The translations under genes and the position numbers were made by a program. This document shows, one piece after another, positions 62,139 to 64,000 of a stretch of 64,000 nucleotides of DNA. The stretch lies in contig JAGOLR010000001.1 in NCBI GenBank assembly GCA_017993955.1, positions 15,876-79,875 on the forward strand, given 5' to 3'. This stretch comes from Candidatus Omnitrophota bacterium (GTDB lineage: Bacteria > Omnitrophota > Gorgyraeia > 2-01-FULL-45-10). Within the stretch, counting starts at the first letter, position 1. Each line of letters begins with the position of its first letter. The notes under the pieces are model-generated. The model saw nothing but the letters and a program-made list of their open reading frames with translations. It was not told the origin of the DNA and did no database searches.

Positions 62139-62213
62139 GGGCAAGTAGCTCAATGGCGGAGCACTCGGTTTACATCCGAGTGGTTACAGGTTCGAGTCCT
62201 GTCTTGCCCACCA
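62139..62213 (+). tRNA. tRNA-Val (anticodon UAC)
   Basis: Acceptor GGGCAAG..CTTGCCC, D-arm GCTC-AATGGCG-GAGC, anticodon stem CTCGG/CCGAG with loop TTTACAT, T-arm ACAGG-TTCGAGT-CCTGT, ACCA. Confidence 0.8.
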
Positions 62214-62340
62214 TTCTGCTTCGTCCGTCACCCTGTAAGTTGAGGTAGGACTTCGCAGAAATTGAAGTAAGCTGTAAATAGAACGTTCCCGCGGCGCCGC
62301 ACCCGAGCTTACGCATTGATTGGCGAGGCAGGGCATTAAA

Positions 62341-62377
62341 TTAAAAAACTCCATGTAAAAATATATGGAGTTTTTTA
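62341..62377. terminator. Bidirectional rho-independent terminator
   Basis: AAAAAACTCCAT-gtaaaaatat-ATGGAGTTTTTT between tRNA-Val (+) and the DEAD-box helicase (-). Confidence 0.7.
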
Positions 62378-62397
62378 ATGGATGTTTTAATTTTTGC

Positions 62398-63741
62398 TTA
62401 TTTTCCAGAAAACCCGCTTTGATTACTGCCGCCGTGGGGGCGATGGTGTGGGCTGGGGCCACCCTTGAAGCCCCCGTCTTTATAGCTATTTCTAGAATGA
62501 CCGGAACTCCCATATCCGCCGCCTTTGTGGCTGGTCCATTTATCCCTGCCTTTGTAGCCTCTCTGACGGGGAGGGGTTCCGCCCGGAGGGGTTTGCATAA
62601 ATTTTTCCGCGGGGAATTCCGGGTGTGTCGCTATGGGCAGGGCAGTCTTGATCAGTTTTTCTATACTGCGGACATCGGTGCCCTGTTCCGGCGTGGCGAA
62701 CGATATGGCCCGTCCTTCATGTCCGGCTCGGCCGGTCCTGCCTATCCTGTGTACGTAATTTTCGGCGTCTTCCGGCAAGTCATAGTTTATTACAAGCTCT
62801 ATACCTTTTACATCTATGCCGCGCGCCGCTATGTCCGTAGCGACCAATATCCTGTATTTACCGGTCTTAAACCCTTCAAGCGCTTCTTTTCTTTGCCCTA
62901 AGGACCTGTCGGAGTGTATCTCTGCCGCGCTATGGCCCATTTGGCGCAACATGCGCGTTATCTTCGCCGCTCCTATCTTTGTCCGCGAAAAAAGAAGCAC
63001 GGAACCCTGGTACTGCTTCAATATTTTATCGAGGAGTCTCTTTTTAGATTCCCTATGCACTACGAAAAGTTCCTGTATTATGCGTTCAGCCGTTGTCCCG
63101 GAAGGAGCCACTTCGATGTTAACGGGTAGCTTCATATATGAAGTGGCTACCCGCATCACGTCCTCAGGGATTGTAGCCGAGAATAGCATTGTCTGTCTGT
63201 CCCGCGGTATATATTTCAATATTCTTTCGATCTGAGGCAGGAATCCCATATCCAGCATTCGGTCGGCCTCGTCCAACACCAGGACGTTCACGTCGGCCAG
63301 CATGATCGTATGCTGTTCGATGTGGTCGACTAGGCGTCCCGGCGTGGCGACAATAACGCGCGGGATCCTGCGGAGCGCCTGTATCTGAAGGTGCATAGAT
63401 GCCCCTCCGATAAGTACTACGGTTCTTATGCCGAATACCGGGGCGAGCTTCTGGAACGTTTCGTCTACCTGTGCGGCAAGTTCTCTTGTAGGCACCAAGA
63501 TAAGGGCCCGGCCTTTACGCGCGGCAAGCCTCTGTATTATAGGTATGGCAAAGGCCAGGGTTTTACCTGTTCCGGTCTGAGCTACTCCCACGATATCCTT
63601 GCCTTCTATGCCTACTGGGATGGCTTTATGTTGGATAGGGGTAGGTACGGTAAATTTCATTCGGTCTATGGTCTCCAGTATCTTAGGCGCTATCCCTAGG
63701 CCATAAAAAGACGCGTTGTGGTGTTGTGTATTATTATGCAT
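62398..63741 (-). CDS. DEAD-box ATP-dependent RNA helicase with Gly/Arg-rich C-terminal tail
   Basis: Q-motif TPIQ, Walker A AQTGTGKT, DEAD box, SAT and HRIGRTGR motifs. The C-terminal tail is RGG/GGS-rich. Confidence 0.88.
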   Translation of the reverse strand: MHNNTQHHNASFYGLGIAPKILETIDRMKFTVPTPIQHKAIPVGIEGKDIVGVAQTGTGKTLAFAIPIIQRLAARKGRALILVPTRELAAQVDETFQKLAPVFGIRTVVLIGGASMHLQIQALRRIPRVIVATPGRLVDHIEQHTIMLADVNVLVLDEADRMLDMGFLPQIERILKYIPRDRQTMLFSATIPEDVMRVATSYMKLPVNIEVAPSGTTAERIIQELFVVHRESKKRLLDKILKQYQGSVLLFSRTKIGAAKITRMLRQMGHSAAEIHSDRSLGQRKEALEGFKTGKYRILVATDIAARGIDVKGIELVINYDLPEDAENYVHRIGRTGRAGHEGRAISFATPEQGTDVRSIEKLIKTALPIATHPEFPAEKFMQTPPGGTPPRQRGYKGRDKWTSHKGGGYGSSGHSRNSYKDGGFKGGPSPHHRPHGGSNQSGFSGK

Positions 63742-64000
63742 AATGCCTTTCTCGGGTCTCGCCCGGTTTTTCTATCACTATCCAGAAGTCCTGCGTATTT
63801 TTACAGGAATTTTTCTGCCATTTTACGATCTTAAGAGCCGCTAGCTTTGTGTTTATATATCCAAAAAGTTCCAAAATATCATCCGGTATCCAAACATGGT
63901 TGTGCACATAAGGATGCTTTTGGTCGCGAGGCGGATCAGTATTCATGTTGTGGTCGTCGACATGGGCCGGATCGTCCGCTTTCGGGTTATTTTTAAAATC
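63734..64000 (-). CDS. Hypothetical protein (N-terminus beyond window edge)
   Basis: The open frame continues to the window end (…PAHVDDHNMNTDPPRDQKHPYVHNHVWIPDDILELFGY…). No family recognised. Confidence 0.35.
   Translation of the reverse strand, partial: DFKNNPKADDPAHVDDHNMNTDPPRDQKHPYVHNHVWIPDDILELFGYINTKLAALKIVKWQKNSCKNTQDFWIVIEKPGETRERHYA

Overview
The window spans a bacterial chromosomal replication origin. Genes at 1-22.8 kb are all on the minus strand, and from dnaA at 23.2 kb onward they are mostly on the plus strand. The minus-strand stretch holds an efflux pair (HlyD/TolC), rarA, the thrS-infC-rpmI-rplT-pheST cluster, three tRNAs, coaB/coaC, rpoZ, gmk, yicC, ndk, parAB and yidC-yidD-rnpA-rpmH. 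On the other side of the switch sit dnaA, dnaN, a DUF721/DciA-like gene, gyrB and gyrA. Perfect DnaA boxes flank dnaA. The most unusual region lies immediately after tRNA-Glu (31.6 kb). It contains a conserved tRNA-trailer block, a direct repeat of the tRNA 3' end and a terminator. These are followed by five tightly coupled plus-strand genes of unknown family (32.0-36.6 kb), which appear AT-richer by eye (no GC computed). Two of them carry PD-(D/E)xK-type motifs, one is a beta-CASP metallo-beta-lactamase nuclease, and one has a tentative YDG/SRA-like motif. No methyltransferase or ATPase accompanies them, which is consistent with an undescribed nuclease-based accessory or defence island. Downstream are a complete Pho regulon (phoBR, DUF2490, pstSCAB with two pstB copies, phoU), an HD-GYP sensor, nagA, glmS, rsmI and a TpsB-like outer-membrane protein with a Cys-rich secreted partner. 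A pyrimidine operon follows (PyrR attenuator, then pyrR-pyrB-pyrC-[EndoQ-like PHP gene]-pyrK-pyrD-pyrF-pyrE), then tRNA-Val and a DEAD-box helicase. A short ACGATTAACGAT-type repeat family occurs in intergenic DNA and also in-frame inside pyrK. Two nested-palindrome elements sit between pyr genes. The prepilin/DUF1559-like protein and the TPR membrane protein suggest a PVC/Omnitrophota-like lineage, but this is inference only.
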